Shown piece after piece: positions 1-9,920 of a stretch of DNA of 64,000 bases. Below the pieces are notes generated by a model. That model did no database searches, had not been told where the DNA came from, and saw nothing but the letters and a program-made list of their open reading frames with translations. Location of the stretch: IMG/VR virus record IMGVR_UViG_3300046791_000283, positions 1 through 64,000 of that record, one strand, 5' to 3'. Position 1 is the first letter of the stretch; each line of letters opens with the position of its first letter. The translations under genes were made by a program, and so were the position numbers. This stretch comes from a virus (Duplodnaviria > Heunggongvirae > Uroviricota > Caudoviricetes).

Positions 1-324
1 CTGATTGCATCAGCCCTTGCTGGAGCAGGTACAACACAGGGAGCGGGCACGGTTTTATCAGCATTGGTTTACCTCAATGAGGCCCTAACCATTGGTGCTG
101 GCGCTACCGAGGCCTTCGTACTTCCAGCGGCAACCGTTGGTAAGGTTGTGGTCGTTCTAAGTAACGATGCGGCTGGTGATGCCGCTAAAGTTTTCCCTGC
201 ATCGGGAGAATTCATCAATGCTCAAGCGGTTAATACCGTGTTAAGTATTGCGTCTGGATCACGCAAACACTTCGTGTGTCTTACAACCGGTGTTTGGACA
301 ACAGCGGATGATTACGGAATCTAA
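1..324 (+). CDS. hypothetical protein, 5' end truncated by the window edge; reading frame is open from position 1
   Basis: Frame 1 is open from the first base through the stop at 322-324; product rich in G/A/T/V. Confidence 0.4.
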   Translation: MIASALAGAGTTQGAGTVLSALVYLNEALTIGAGATEAFVLPAATVGKVVVVLSNDAAGDAAKVFPASGEFINAQAVNTVLSIASGSRKHFVCLTTGVWTTADDYGI

Positions 325-346
325 ACGCTAGCCATAGCATAGTAAT

Positions 347-379
347 GAAAAAGCCCCAACGTTGGGGCTTTTCTTCTTT
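347..379. terminator. bidirectional rho-independent terminator
   Basis: Perfect palindrome AAGCCCCAACGTTGGGGCTT with an A-run on one side and a T-run on the other; lies between convergent ORFs 1..324(+) and 400..1251(-). Confidence 0.7.
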
Positions 380-399
380 AGCGGTATAAGTGAATGCTA

Positions 400-1251
400 T
401 TATACAACAGTGTTTACTACTGAATGAGCAACAAATCCAGCGGCCTTATTTCCATTCACGTCACGGATCGCGTTAGCGGCCGGTACGGTATAAGTAACCA
501 GAGGCACATCGGTCACCACGACTGCAGCACTAAGTGTGAGTGTAACTGTTTTTAAAGTCGCGTTTATCGCTACAGAGTTTATTGTCGGTGTACTCGCAAT
601 ACCTGAGACTGCAAACGCAGTAGTCGCTGGTATACGGAGTGCATCAAGATTATGTAGATCCGTATAGGTTAGTACGAGTAGCGTATCCGCTGCATCGGTT
701 ACCGTGATTGTTGATAACACAGGGGGCGCACCATCGGCCTGAGAACGATCGAAGCGATTGTAACTCAATTCAGCCTTCGGATTATTTCTAATCACAGTGA
801 TATTACCGGCACTGATTCTTAATTTCTTAAATGGAATTGGAACCGGATCTCCAGGTAGGAAGGTGCGCGCAATTATTGTAGCCACATCGATCAATGGACT
901 CTCTGGTTCGAACTCAACAATCGTTGGGTTCTCTGTAACAACAAATCCAGCCCCATTGAGAGCCGCTAGGAGTCTGAGGTTTCCAGTACCAGTGGCACCA
1001 AACTCAGCCTTAACCCAGATTTTACTTGAACTTGGAACCTTATATACTGAATACACTCCAGCATAAAAACCAGATTCAATGTATACGGTTTGCCATTTCT
1101 TAAGCCCATGGCCGGTCGCGGTTATTTCAATATAATCGGCCTCCGCTGCAGCCGCAACCACAGTAAACGCTATGGTACGTTGAGCCGCTCCAATGACCTC
1201 AACTCCATTGTTGGCCATGAGCGTGTCAAGAGAAAGTTTTTCACCTATCAT
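400..1251 (-). CDS. virion-associated protein with T/V/A-rich Ig-like C-terminal region (hypothetical)
   Basis: 283-aa ORF, start overlaps the stop of the upstream gene (translationally coupled); beta-rich low-complexity C-terminus. Confidence 0.5.
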   Translation of the reverse strand: MIGEKLSLDTLMANNGVEVIGAAQRTIAFTVVAAAAEADYIEITATGHGLKKWQTVYIESGFYAGVYSVYKVPSSSKIWVKAEFGATGTGNLRLLAALNGAGFVVTENPTIVEFEPESPLIDVATIIARTFLPGDPVPIPFKKLRISAGNITVIRNNPKAELSYNRFDRSQADGAPPVLSTITVTDAADTLLVLTYTDLHNLDALRIPATTAFAVSGIASTPTINSVAINATLKTVTLTLSAAVVVTDVPLVTYTVPAANAIRDVNGNKAAGFVAHSVVNTVV

Positions 1252-3674
1252 TTTGTTGATGTTTGAGGTTTCGAATTAGCTTTTTGTATGTCAAATTTAC
1301 CTTTTAAACTTATCTTCATCATCTCCTGTATAAATGCGGTTTCGTTTTCATCCACATCCTGAGCCTGCTCGGCTCTCCGGAGATATCTCTCCTGCATAAA
1401 CTTCTGAGCATTCAATTCAAGATCTAAATTATGTTTAATCACAAGGAGTTCCTTTTCTTTATCAATTTCTTCGGCTCGCATATCCTTTTTAGCCTGTTCG
1501 ACCTGGACAGTTGCTTCGCCTTGAGTTTTTGATTGCTGCTCTACCAACTCCATTTGTCGAGCGTGTTCTCGATCTTCCTTCTCTCGTTTGCGTTTACGCA
1601 TAAGAACAACGGAACGATACAGATTTTCTTCACGCTCGATTTCAATCGCATCCTCAGCTGCCATTTCTTTATTATCAACAGCCTTCTGCAAGTGAATTGA
1701 TATCTTCTCCCTCAGGTAAACATCCGCGCCTTCTTCAATTGATATACCCATATCGCGTAACCCGAGATCCTTATTCAATTGGAAGTAACGATAGCTTTCT
1801 AATCCAAGGGCCTCAGTGATTTGTTCCTGGTCGGCCATGGTCACAGCGCTCTGTAGCATGTAGTAAGTCATTTGGGCAGTACGCTCAAATAGTTTACGAT
1901 ACGCATTAATCATGTGAGCGAGTGCATTGTCGGTAGCGGTGAAGCTCAGCTGGGCTACATACTTACCCAGACGCTCCGGAGGCGCTTGGCCTTCAGTCAA
2001 TGGATTTAATCCCAATGTACTTCGAATCAGATCGATCAATCCCAACATAATGGTCCAGTGTTCACCGGCAGCGGGAGAGAGTCCGTTGGTCATTGGCATA
2101 ATAGGTATGTGATTTAACGCATTACCATGTGCATCATATCCATCGAAGACAATGTTACCCGATTCAGCGAACATCATAAGATCTTCTTTCGGATCCCATT
2201 GCATTCCACCCTGTCCCCCCTTACCAAGTCTAGCGAGGGCCTTGCGTTCAATGGCCACACCAGGTGGTTTGGATGCAGCAATATGGGATTGGAATTGTAA
2301 CCAATTCATCTGCACCTCATCGGCAAGTGGTTCAATGTTTCCAATTGGACTCATGAAGTCCAATGTCAAAAGCGTTACTGGAATCTTAGTATCATCCGGA
2401 TTAGTTACCGTGCGTGGCATATTCTCCATCAAACCATTATTGAACACAATGTTTGAACCTACGATCCATGTACACTTGTAAACATTCTTAACTTCTTTAC
2501 GGAATATTTTCTTACCAGTAAGATTAGTAAACTCTTCATCCGATACACCCTTGCCTTCATTCACAGTCATATCGCCTTTGAATGGCGAGTAATCAAATGC
2601 TTTGGTTTTAATCCGAGTGTTACCGGCTTCATTCTTCATCTGCACGTACACCTCTGTATCGGTGCTGTACCACAGCATATCAATTACAGTCATGCGTTCA
2701 GAATCATACGCGTACGAATACGATGTGTCGTTATAATAATTCTGATTAACATCCGCGTATTTACCCATACCGTTCTTCGTCCACTTGTCTGCAACCATGC
2801 GGTAGTGATCCGTACCCTTCTTACCCTTGGTCATTTTACGATAATCCGAAACGGTTATTTCGTAGAACTCACCAAAGCGAATCATATCACGAAAATCAGG
2901 ATAGATACATTTGTTTGTCACACAGCGCTCAGGAATAATTCTGCGCAATCGCACCATTGAATTCGCATCAACGAATGGTCTGGTCCCCGCGACTCCCACA
3001 TCAACAAAATCTCCAGCACACTCCTCACCGATTTGATTCCAATCGTTATACATGAAATTCCAAGTGAGATAATCCTTTACCTCCATGGCCGCTGCATCCT
3101 TTGGATTCATATCCAGGTACGGATCAACTTCTTTCATATTGGTTGGAAGCTGTTCACCTGGTGCGGATGGCTTTTCCAATCCGAGTTTAGTCAGGTGTTC
3201 AAATTGTTGAATTTGATCCTGATTCATTATAAACTCCTGAATCTTAAATTTTTCTGTACGCCTGGCATTCATACCAAACGGATCAATGGGCTTAACCAAT
3301 AGGTTGTAGTTGTTCCCAACAATCTTATTGATCAGCACCCCACGTATCTTCGGCACCACCTTTAATACATCGAAATTCAAATTTCTAAACGATGTATTCA
3401 ACGCCCCCTTTTCTTTCTTCAGGCCGGCCAACTCCTTGTATTGTTCAGGCGGTTGTTCACCACGACCATATTGACGATACCGAGTATAGTTGCGATTGTT
3501 TCGCAGTAGACCAGCATGCGTGGGTTCGTGGTTACATTCACCGTAAAAGGCTTCAGCAAATTTGAGACAGTAGGCCTCGGATTTTTTCTCCATTGGATCA
3601 ACGAATTCCGAAGGGAATCTACCGCCAGAGTTTAACTTGGCTTCCGGTGTGGAGGGCATTGGGGCGTTTTGCAT
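1248..3674 (-). CDS. putative portal protein (large, 808 aa)
   Basis: Immediately downstream of the large terminase on the same strand, which is the canonical TerL-portal order; no motif recognised by eye. Confidence 0.45.
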   Translation of the reverse strand: MQNAPMPSTPEAKLNSGGRFPSEFVDPMEKKSEAYCLKFAEAFYGECNHEPTHAGLLRNNRNYTRYRQYGRGEQPPEQYKELAGLKKEKGALNTSFRNLNFDVLKVVPKIRGVLINKIVGNNYNLLVKPIDPFGMNARRTEKFKIQEFIMNQDQIQQFEHLTKLGLEKPSAPGEQLPTNMKEVDPYLDMNPKDAAAMEVKDYLTWNFMYNDWNQIGEECAGDFVDVGVAGTRPFVDANSMVRLRRIIPERCVTNKCIYPDFRDMIRFGEFYEITVSDYRKMTKGKKGTDHYRMVADKWTKNGMGKYADVNQNYYNDTSYSYAYDSERMTVIDMLWYSTDTEVYVQMKNEAGNTRIKTKAFDYSPFKGDMTVNEGKGVSDEEFTNLTGKKIFRKEVKNVYKCTWIVGSNIVFNNGLMENMPRTVTNPDDTKIPVTLLTLDFMSPIGNIEPLADEVQMNWLQFQSHIAASKPPGVAIERKALARLGKGGQGGMQWDPKEDLMMFAESGNIVFDGYDAHGNALNHIPIMPMTNGLSPAAGEHWTIMLGLIDLIRSTLGLNPLTEGQAPPERLGKYVAQLSFTATDNALAHMINAYRKLFERTAQMTYYMLQSAVTMADQEQITEALGLESYRYFQLNKDLGLRDMGISIEEGADVYLREKISIHLQKAVDNKEMAAEDAIEIEREENLYRSVVLMRKRKREKEDREHARQMELVEQQSKTQGEATVQVEQAKKDMRAEEIDKEKELLVIKHNLDLELNAQKFMQERYLRRAEQAQDVDENETAFIQEMMKISLKGKFDIQKANSKPQTSTK

Positions 3675-3677
3675 AGG

Positions 3678-5963
3678 TTAACCTCTTTTTAGCATTTTTT
3701 CTAAACGGGCTCGGTCATTAAAGATCGAAGGTTTTTCGATAACTTCCTTATCCCCCTCTTTGACCACCGCCCTTGGTTTAACAGTATTATTAACCGGAAC
3801 GCTTCTCTTTCCGCTAATATCGTATTGTGTGAACCAATCTGTATACAATTCCTCTGAAACTTCATCAAATTCATTGTCCAAATCGGCTTTAAGTGATAAC
3901 AACGCGTAGCCAAACGCTACAACCAAGTCATATAGTGTACGTTTCTTCGGCTCGAAATCCAACAGCTGTATGGCCAGTTCAAGATCTTTTAATCTCAGCC
4001 CGTGGCGTTTTAAATACTTACGGATGATACTGATATAGCTATCGATAACCTCCTCCACACTGTGCACTGGTTGATCGGCTCCCAAGCTATTCTTCGACCC
4101 ACCCTTCTGCGATAGCACTGACATATCGAAGTTTCTCCGTACGATCATAAAGCGGTGCATGCCGCGACCGTATAGGTGTTTGGTAAAATCACTGATATTC
4201 CCCTCTGGCATCATCGATGATCCAACGAACCGCATAAGCTTGACTACGTTTTCGTAATCATCTTCCGGATCTTCATGCCTTCCAAAATATCTCCACAGCG
4301 GACCGTAGGATATCCAATCCTTCATATCCTTGCCACCATCTAAAAATTGTAGGAATGGAGCGACTCCATAGGCTGCCATACGGGAGGCTCTTGGATCATC
4401 CGTACGAATGTATTTTATCGGGTCAATACCTCCGCGCCACAAATCATTGTTAACTGGGAGATAGATTCGCTTTTGAAGAATATCATCGTAATAACTCTTA
4501 CAAGCATTGAGAATTTTGCGATCGCCAATGTGGCTATCCGGCATATACCAGAAGGTAAACTTACCCTTTGGATCATCAATAAATTCAACATCGGTGTCCA
4601 CAATATCTTTCACCCATTCCAACCGGCCAACCCGACCCGGTAGCTTCTTATCAATCGCACGGATGTTCTTAAGGCTGGTAATGATTGAATTCAAAATGAG
4701 CACATTGAACATACACTTGCTCTGATCCTTAATGAACGCCTCTTCTTCATTCAATGGATCCTTACGAATTGCAATAGCAAGTTTGTACGGATCATCCAGC
4801 ACTAGTACACGTGAGTTCGTAACCTTCTCAAGGGCCTTACCAGGATCAATGTATCCATACTTATCTGCGAGATCCACTTGGGTTTCAAGTGCATTTACCA
4901 GGTACTTATAAATCTTTGAAGCCGTGTATCCGTCTGGACCCCGAACCGTAGGATCACTTTCCTTCCATATCTCATAGCACTCATCCCCACCTTTGTCCAT
5001 TTCTTCAACAGTAGTTGTGGCCCGGATCAACCCGCGTTTACGTTGGTTACGCAGTACGCAGCGCACGTGTACCGCGTGACGTAAGTACACATCGGCCTCC
5101 TCGGTCTTACCGATCTCATCTGAAATAATATCGGATAGGGTTTTACCATCAAGGGCCTTAACACCAGAAGGGTAGCAGCGGATTGTACTTGAGAGCTCGA
5201 AGTCGTTACCAAACCGAGCCGAACGTACATCCGCCTCCCCAACTAATGATTTTCTTCTGAACGTCATACCCTTCTTCGGAGCCGTACCATGCGATGATTT
5301 TGGCTTAAAGAAATCAGGGTATTCGTTTAGTATGTTCACCATCTTCTCCTGGAAGACTACTTCGATGGCATCGTTTTCTGTTTTCGATTGGATCGCGGCA
5401 AAACGTTTATGCGGAGGCTTGGTCATATTACTAAGCACGCACGCACCCTCTTCAGAAGTTTTACCAAAACCCCTGGGCCCCACGATTAGATAACCTACTG
5501 TGAATGGATCCTCCCAACATAGTTGGCGGAAATAAAAACGTTCCAGCTGGGGTTCGTAGAATATCGGATATCCATCATTATCTGGGTGGTCAAGCTTTGA
5601 CCACTGCAGGTACATATAATGATCACCGGTTAGGTATACCGGTTCTCCATTGTTCATAAACCAATGACCAAAAATTCGTCTACGCCACTCCTCTCTACGA
5701 TAGGACTCGAGTACCGGATCAAAGTATTCAACCCGTTCCATTATACCCTCACGGACAAGCTTCTCCTCTTCAGCTTGAATGCGAAGTTCCTCTGGTCTAC
5801 GTTCTGCGTAATAATCTGGGAGTGGGGTTCTGCGCCAAAACTGGTCAGTCTTCTTTAGGTGCCACCCCTGAATAGTTTCTCTGGGGGGCGCTGGGGGCAA
5901 CCATACTGTGTACAAGCCATCCCTAAGGAGCTTCTTCTTGTACCCCGGCAGTTTTAGATACAT
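3678..5963 (-). CDS. terL: terminase large subunit
   Basis: Walker A GPRGFGKT followed by an acidic Walker B-like patch; 761 aa; sits in the packaging module. Confidence 0.8.
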   Translation of the reverse strand: MYLKLPGYKKKLLRDGLYTVWLPPAPPRETIQGWHLKKTDQFWRRTPLPDYYAERRPEELRIQAEEEKLVREGIMERVEYFDPVLESYRREEWRRRIFGHWFMNNGEPVYLTGDHYMYLQWSKLDHPDNDGYPIFYEPQLERFYFRQLCWEDPFTVGYLIVGPRGFGKTSEEGACVLSNMTKPPHKRFAAIQSKTENDAIEVVFQEKMVNILNEYPDFFKPKSSHGTAPKKGMTFRRKSLVGEADVRSARFGNDFELSSTIRCYPSGVKALDGKTLSDIISDEIGKTEEADVYLRHAVHVRCVLRNQRKRGLIRATTTVEEMDKGGDECYEIWKESDPTVRGPDGYTASKIYKYLVNALETQVDLADKYGYIDPGKALEKVTNSRVLVLDDPYKLAIAIRKDPLNEEEAFIKDQSKCMFNVLILNSIITSLKNIRAIDKKLPGRVGRLEWVKDIVDTDVEFIDDPKGKFTFWYMPDSHIGDRKILNACKSYYDDILQKRIYLPVNNDLWRGGIDPIKYIRTDDPRASRMAAYGVAPFLQFLDGGKDMKDWISYGPLWRYFGRHEDPEDDYENVVKLMRFVGSSMMPEGNISDFTKHLYGRGMHRFMIVRRNFDMSVLSQKGGSKNSLGADQPVHSVEEVIDSYISIIRKYLKRHGLRLKDLELAIQLLDFEPKKRTLYDLVVAFGYALLSLKADLDNEFDEVSEELYTDWFTQYDISGKRSVPVNNTVKPRAVVKEGDKEVIEKPSIFNDRARLEKMLKRG

Positions 5964-6645
5964 CGATAATTTGTCTTAACCCCCAGACCTCAGCGGGAAC
6001 CTGTAACTCTGCAAATACATTTTCAGGGCTTATTGGGAAGAGCTTGCGGTCCGCATGCTCTTTTAAATCTCCGGTTTCAGCCCAAAACTTTTTATAGAGG
6101 ATAGTACGCTTTTCCGTACGCTCCTCCATTAGTTTCATAAGACCGGCCTCAACCTTTCCATTACGGAGAGCTTCGACACGGTTTCTACTTAGGAGGTCAA
6201 TTTCTTCTTCAATGAATACAATTTCATTCCAGGTGTAATTCTTACGGGCCTTCAAAAAATCGAGTATCCACTCGATCACCTGTGGCTCTTTGAAGTCCAT
6301 TATGCTTACTATGTAGTCGGAAAAATTTCCATTGGGATCACGATCGTAACCGGCTTCTTTTGCTGCTGCTTCCTTACGTAATCGAACGTCCTCAGGGTAT
6401 TCGTGAATTAGGTCGGATTCAGGATCGTACATGAATACGATGTACTTCACCACCTTAGCCTGTTCGATTGGATCGTACATCTGATAGGTTCTGCCGACCG
6501 GCAAATCCCTCAGATCCGTAATTCCCTTGGGTATGGAATTGAAATACCGCTTCAGACCAGGAAAGGCCTCATATAGGCCTTTGAGGTCTGAAACAGATAT
6601 CTTGTGTACCGGGATCGGTAGTTTACTAAATCGTTCTTTGATCAT
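5923..6645 (-). CDS. hypothetical protein, candidate small terminase subunit by position
   Basis: 240-aa ORF directly upstream of TerL and overlapping it. Confidence 0.5.
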   Translation of the reverse strand: MIKERFSKLPIPVHKISVSDLKGLYEAFPGLKRYFNSIPKGITDLRDLPVGRTYQMYDPIEQAKVVKYIVFMYDPESDLIHEYPEDVRLRKEAAAKEAGYDRDPNGNFSDYIVSIMDFKEPQVIEWILDFLKARKNYTWNEIVFIEEEIDLLSRNRVEALRNGKVEAGLMKLMEERTEKRTILYKKFWAETGDLKEHADRKLFPISPENVFAELQVPAEVWGLRQIIDVSKTAGVQEEAP

Positions 6646-7013
6646 AGATCCGCAAATATGTCGGATGCACGCACAAGGTGGTAAATCTTACCCTCATGCT
6701 CTTTACCATCAAGTTCCCATAGCATTGCCTGTCCGGCAAAATATGCTACGGTTTGATTCAGTTTGAGTTGGTAAATTTTAAGAAAGCTATTCTCTGCATC
6801 TGCACCCGTACCAATGGATACAACTATTCCCTTGGCATACGGCTCTTTGGCATCCAACGGTTTGTGGATATTCTTGTCCACTTTTTTGTCCGCTGGAATA
6901 TGTTCAATAAGTACGCGATCATCGTAGAAGATAACCGGAACGAGAGAACGACCATCGAGTATTTCGGTACCGTTTATCCCGGTAACCTTGACTGATTCCT
7001 TTTGGTGTCTCAT
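6642..7013 (-). CDS. hypothetical protein
   Basis: 123-aa ORF coupled to its neighbours by 4-nt overlaps. Confidence 0.5.
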   Translation of the reverse strand: MRHQKESVKVTGINGTEILDGRSLVPVIFYDDRVLIEHIPADKKVDKNIHKPLDAKEPYAKGIVVSIGTGADAENSFLKIYQLKLNQTVAYFAGQAMLWELDGKEHEGKIYHLVRASDIFADL

Positions 7014-7729
7014 GCCTTCTTCGGTTTATCCTTGTCCTTACCACGACCCAAAATTCTGTTAATTAAACCAGGATTTTTACCTTCTAATTCCTTCTCATCA
7101 ACAGGTTCAGGCTCTACAGTTTGGCCTTTTAATTCTTCAGATGAACCAAGCGTAAGATCATCGGATGAAGTTGACATCGATGGGGACTCAGAAGTTGGCT
7201 GACCAGAAAGAGATAAATCCTTCAACTCACTTGATCTCTTTGACTTCTTAGGTTTCTCATTCCTCACCTCTGCAAGTGCCCAACCGAGCCACATCTTGGC
7301 TTCGTTCGCACCTACCCAGGCACGTTCAATGCAAAGTTGGTAATCACGGTTGTCAGGAAAGATGAGTAAATCGTTGTGGATATCACGAACGCTTTTTTCA
7401 AGTTGCTTGCGGATGTGTTTTAGAAAAACCACTTCATCCTCTGCAATCATTGACTCCTCAAAAGGAGGGATGGATAAGAAATCATCCGTTGGTTCTATGA
7501 CTTTATTGTCTGGGTTAGAACTCTCCGGATATGGATTAGTACCACCAAGGACACCCTTGGCTTTACCAAGCCACATGAATGCGATTTGCGCACCTCGGAA
7601 TGCCAAGGTGGTTTCGGCACGTTTTGACAAATTTGAGTCAATACCGCCTTTTATTAATTGGAAGATCGTTGAGAGAACCTTTCTCTCTTCAGAAAGTTGT
7701 ACTAACGCTTCCTGTGCTGCTGGATTCAT
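7010..7729 (-). CDS. hypothetical protein with acidic/Ser-rich low-complexity C-terminus
   Basis: 239-aa ORF. Confidence 0.55.
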   Translation of the reverse strand: MNPAAQEALVQLSEERKVLSTIFQLIKGGIDSNLSKRAETTLAFRGAQIAFMWLGKAKGVLGGTNPYPESSNPDNKVIEPTDDFLSIPPFEESMIAEDEVVFLKHIRKQLEKSVRDIHNDLLIFPDNRDYQLCIERAWVGANEAKMWLGWALAEVRNEKPKKSKRSSELKDLSLSGQPTSESPSMSTSSDDLTLGSSEELKGQTVEPEPVDEKELEGKNPGLINRILGRGKDKDKPKKA

Positions 7730-7759
7730 ACGCTATGGATTTTGGGTTAAAATGAAATG

Positions 7760-7798
7760 AAAAAAAAACCTGAGGGCCGTAATCCTCAGGCTTTTATT
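7760..7798. terminator. bidirectional rho-independent terminator
   Basis: A9-CCTGAGG-gccgtaat-CCTCAGG-CTTTTATT: hairpin flanked by an A-run and a T-run. Confidence 0.7.
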
Positions 7799-7815
7799 AA
7801 CTCGAAATAAACAAC

Positions 7816-8184
7816 CTAACACAACATCACATAGTCTGGATATGAGCTAACCGTATATGTGACTCGTATGCTAGATTTTAAACTATTAGTTAACGTATCA
7901 TGTTGACTACCCTGCCATCGATCCGGAATCAACGGAACCTCCGCGTCCGGCTGGGTCAAAAGTGTCAACTGCGGTACGATGTACTCCACAGAATTCAGTT
8001 CGATAAATAATGGTTCCAATGCGTATGATGTACTAATCACCGCGACCTCATTACCAATGAGGTCAACCGATTGACCGACATCGAGATACACAGTTGGTAG
8101 TTTCGCTTTAGCGGAAACATCTGCGCTTACGTAGGAGGCTCCGATTAGGAGCAGTCCCGCGAGGATGAAATAAACTTTTTTCAT
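7816..8184 (-). CDS. secreted protein with N-terminal signal peptide
   Basis: N-terminus MKKVYFILAGLLLIGASYVSA. Confidence 0.6.
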   Translation of the reverse strand: MKKVYFILAGLLLIGASYVSADVSAKAKLPTVYLDVGQSVDLIGNEVAVISTSYALEPLFIELNSVEYIVPQLTLLTQPDAEVPLIPDRWQGSQHDTLTNSLKSSIRVTYTVSSYPDYVMLC

Positions 8185-8213
8185 AGTTCGAATATATACA
8201 GAATTGTTGAAAA

Positions 8214-8396
8214 TTAAACCTCCTTGGTCTCCAGGCTCATGGCCCTGAGAACCGCTGTGTCACTCCGTATGGCCCCAAGCTTCTTTCTAAGCCTTATTCC
8301 AGCGGATTTATTCCCATGGTTAAAATGCTTACGAGCGTCTGATTCCAAAGATTCCAGAGTCTCACGCATTTGCTGAATCAGTTTTTCGTGCTCCAT
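8214..8396 (-). CDS. small basic helical protein, possible nucleic-acid binding
   Basis: 60 aa with a K/R-rich helix (KSAGIRLRKKLGAIR). Confidence 0.4.
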   Translation of the reverse strand: MEHEKLIQQMRETLESLESDARKHFNHGNKSAGIRLRKKLGAIRSDTAVLRAMSLETKEV

Positions 8397-9396
8397 CGGA
8401 TTTATGTGGATTATAGCCAGAGATATAACGCTGTCTCATCTTATAGAAGTGGAACCCCTCGAATTCAATAACAGTATCCAGTAGCGGACGAAAGTACACA
8501 TACGCACCCTCACGGATATCGCACCGATCTCCCTTCAACGGACTACCAATGTGACGCACCCAGCCAGCCAAATACTTCTTACCTGGTGTGGACTTCACCA
8601 CAACCCATTGATCTTTTGGTTTCATAACCGGCCGACCCTTCTCCATAAGTGGTATTCCGTTGACCGTTTCGGGAGTCGGAATGGAGATATCCTCCCACGA
8701 TTCCATATCGGGTTCAACGAACACGTAGGATCCGATCATTACTATCTTCTTCATGTATATGCTTTCCTTTTTATTCATATACATTTTAAGTAATGGCTTC
8801 TCCTGGTCCTCATCGGTTTCTGGTGGTAAAGCATTGGTAAATTCAACCAATTCCTTTTCATCAGCCCAACAGAATGCTGGCATTAATTTATTGATCGGAA
8901 TGTATCGCACCGCTGCATAGATGAGTTCGTATTTTACACGGAAGTATGCTTGCATAAAATATTTTCCCTCATCCAAACCCTTTTGAATTTGCTCATGCGT
9001 TAATTCATCGCGGTTCACTCCATTGCCATCGCGGTCCTCAAGTCTTGAGTACATGTAATACGAGTTGTACGCCTCCTCGTTCATATCTGGCAATAAACAG
9101 TTGTGGTGGAAATACACCTTATCACCGGTGTTAACTTCCATCTCAATATCATCGGCTGTTTTCCATTTGAACGGTGGCATATTACCCGCATAACCAGGTA
9201 ATCCGAAGGTATCACTGGCAATTGGAACCCGGGGTAGAATGCGTGGTACGCTGACCACAATACCCCAGCAGCGGACGTGTCGTGCTGGATCAAAGGTTAC
9301 GTTTACAAGCAATTTTGCAGCATTCGTACCCTTGCCAACCGTCTCATTGAAGATGTCAGTAACCTTAACTACAACGAATTCTTTGAACAATTCCAT
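8362..9396 (-). CDS. hypothetical protein, first gene of the minus-strand operon
   Basis: 344-aa ORF. Confidence 0.6.
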   Translation of the reverse strand: MELFKEFVVVKVTDIFNETVGKGTNAAKLLVNVTFDPARHVRCWGIVVSVPRILPRVPIASDTFGLPGYAGNMPPFKWKTADDIEMEVNTGDKVYFHHNCLLPDMNEEAYNSYYMYSRLEDRDGNGVNRDELTHEQIQKGLDEGKYFMQAYFRVKYELIYAAVRYIPINKLMPAFCWADEKELVEFTNALPPETDEDQEKPLLKMYMNKKESIYMKKIVMIGSYVFVEPDMESWEDISIPTPETVNGIPLMEKGRPVMKPKDQWVVVKSTPGKKYLAGWVRHIGSPLKGDRCDIREGAYVYFRPLLDTVIEFEGFHFYKMRQRYISGYNPHKSDGARKTDSANA

Positions 9397-9430
9397 GCAA
9401 CAATATACGATTTTTTAAGATTTTCGGTAT

Positions 9431-9478
9431 TTTCTCTTGACAAGTGACAAGTAAATTATAAATTTGTTTAACCACTTG
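9431..9478 (+). promoter_or_regulatory. Bacteroidota-type promoter with direct repeat TGACAAG TGACAAG; -33 TTG and -7 TAAATTTG spaced 19 nt
   Basis: cTTGACAAGTGACAAGTAAATTATAAATTTG upstream of the ATG at 9483; matches the TTTG-N19-21-TAnnTTTG consensus; motif recurs at about 22066 and about 42918. Confidence 0.5.
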
Positions 9479-9482
9479 CGAT

Positions 9483-9836
9483 ATGAGACGAGTTACAATA
9501 CAAGAATTTAATGAGTTGATCGAAGTCCGCGAAGATGTATTCGCTGCGATCAACGCCATCTTCGGAGAAACCATTCTACCCGATATGGTTGCACTCAAGG
9601 ACGAATTGATCCGAGAGAAAAAACGGTTAACGTACGATGTTATCATGGTCACCAAGGACAAATGGGGCGATGATATGCCATGCGCAGCTGTCACCGAATT
9701 CTGGTGGAAAGATGGTGATGAGACCGCTGCCGGTGTGAATCATTTTCTAGTGTTCAATGACGATGAGGAAATGATGAGACACTATGGTAGTGGAAAAATG
9801 AAAGAGTTGGACTTACCAGAAATAAGTCCGAATTAA
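9483..9836 (+). CDS. hypothetical acidic protein
   Basis: 117-aa ORF downstream of the promoter motif. Confidence 0.55.
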   Translation: MRRVTIQEFNELIEVREDVFAAINAIFGETILPDMVALKDELIREKKRLTYDVIMVTKDKWGDDMPCAAVTEFWWKDGDETAAGVNHFLVFNDDEEMMRHYGSGKMKELDLPEISPN

Positions 9837-9920
9837 AAATATTGGAAGGGGCTGGATGCCTACCGGAAAATCATAGCAAGTGGTTGTTATTTTTTCTCTT
9901 AGCCCGGTCTCTTCCAACAT

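Noticed and set aside
797-1066. Plus-strand ORF of 89 aa
   Set aside because: It lies entirely inside the well-supported minus-strand ORF 400..1251 and is likely a shadow ORF.
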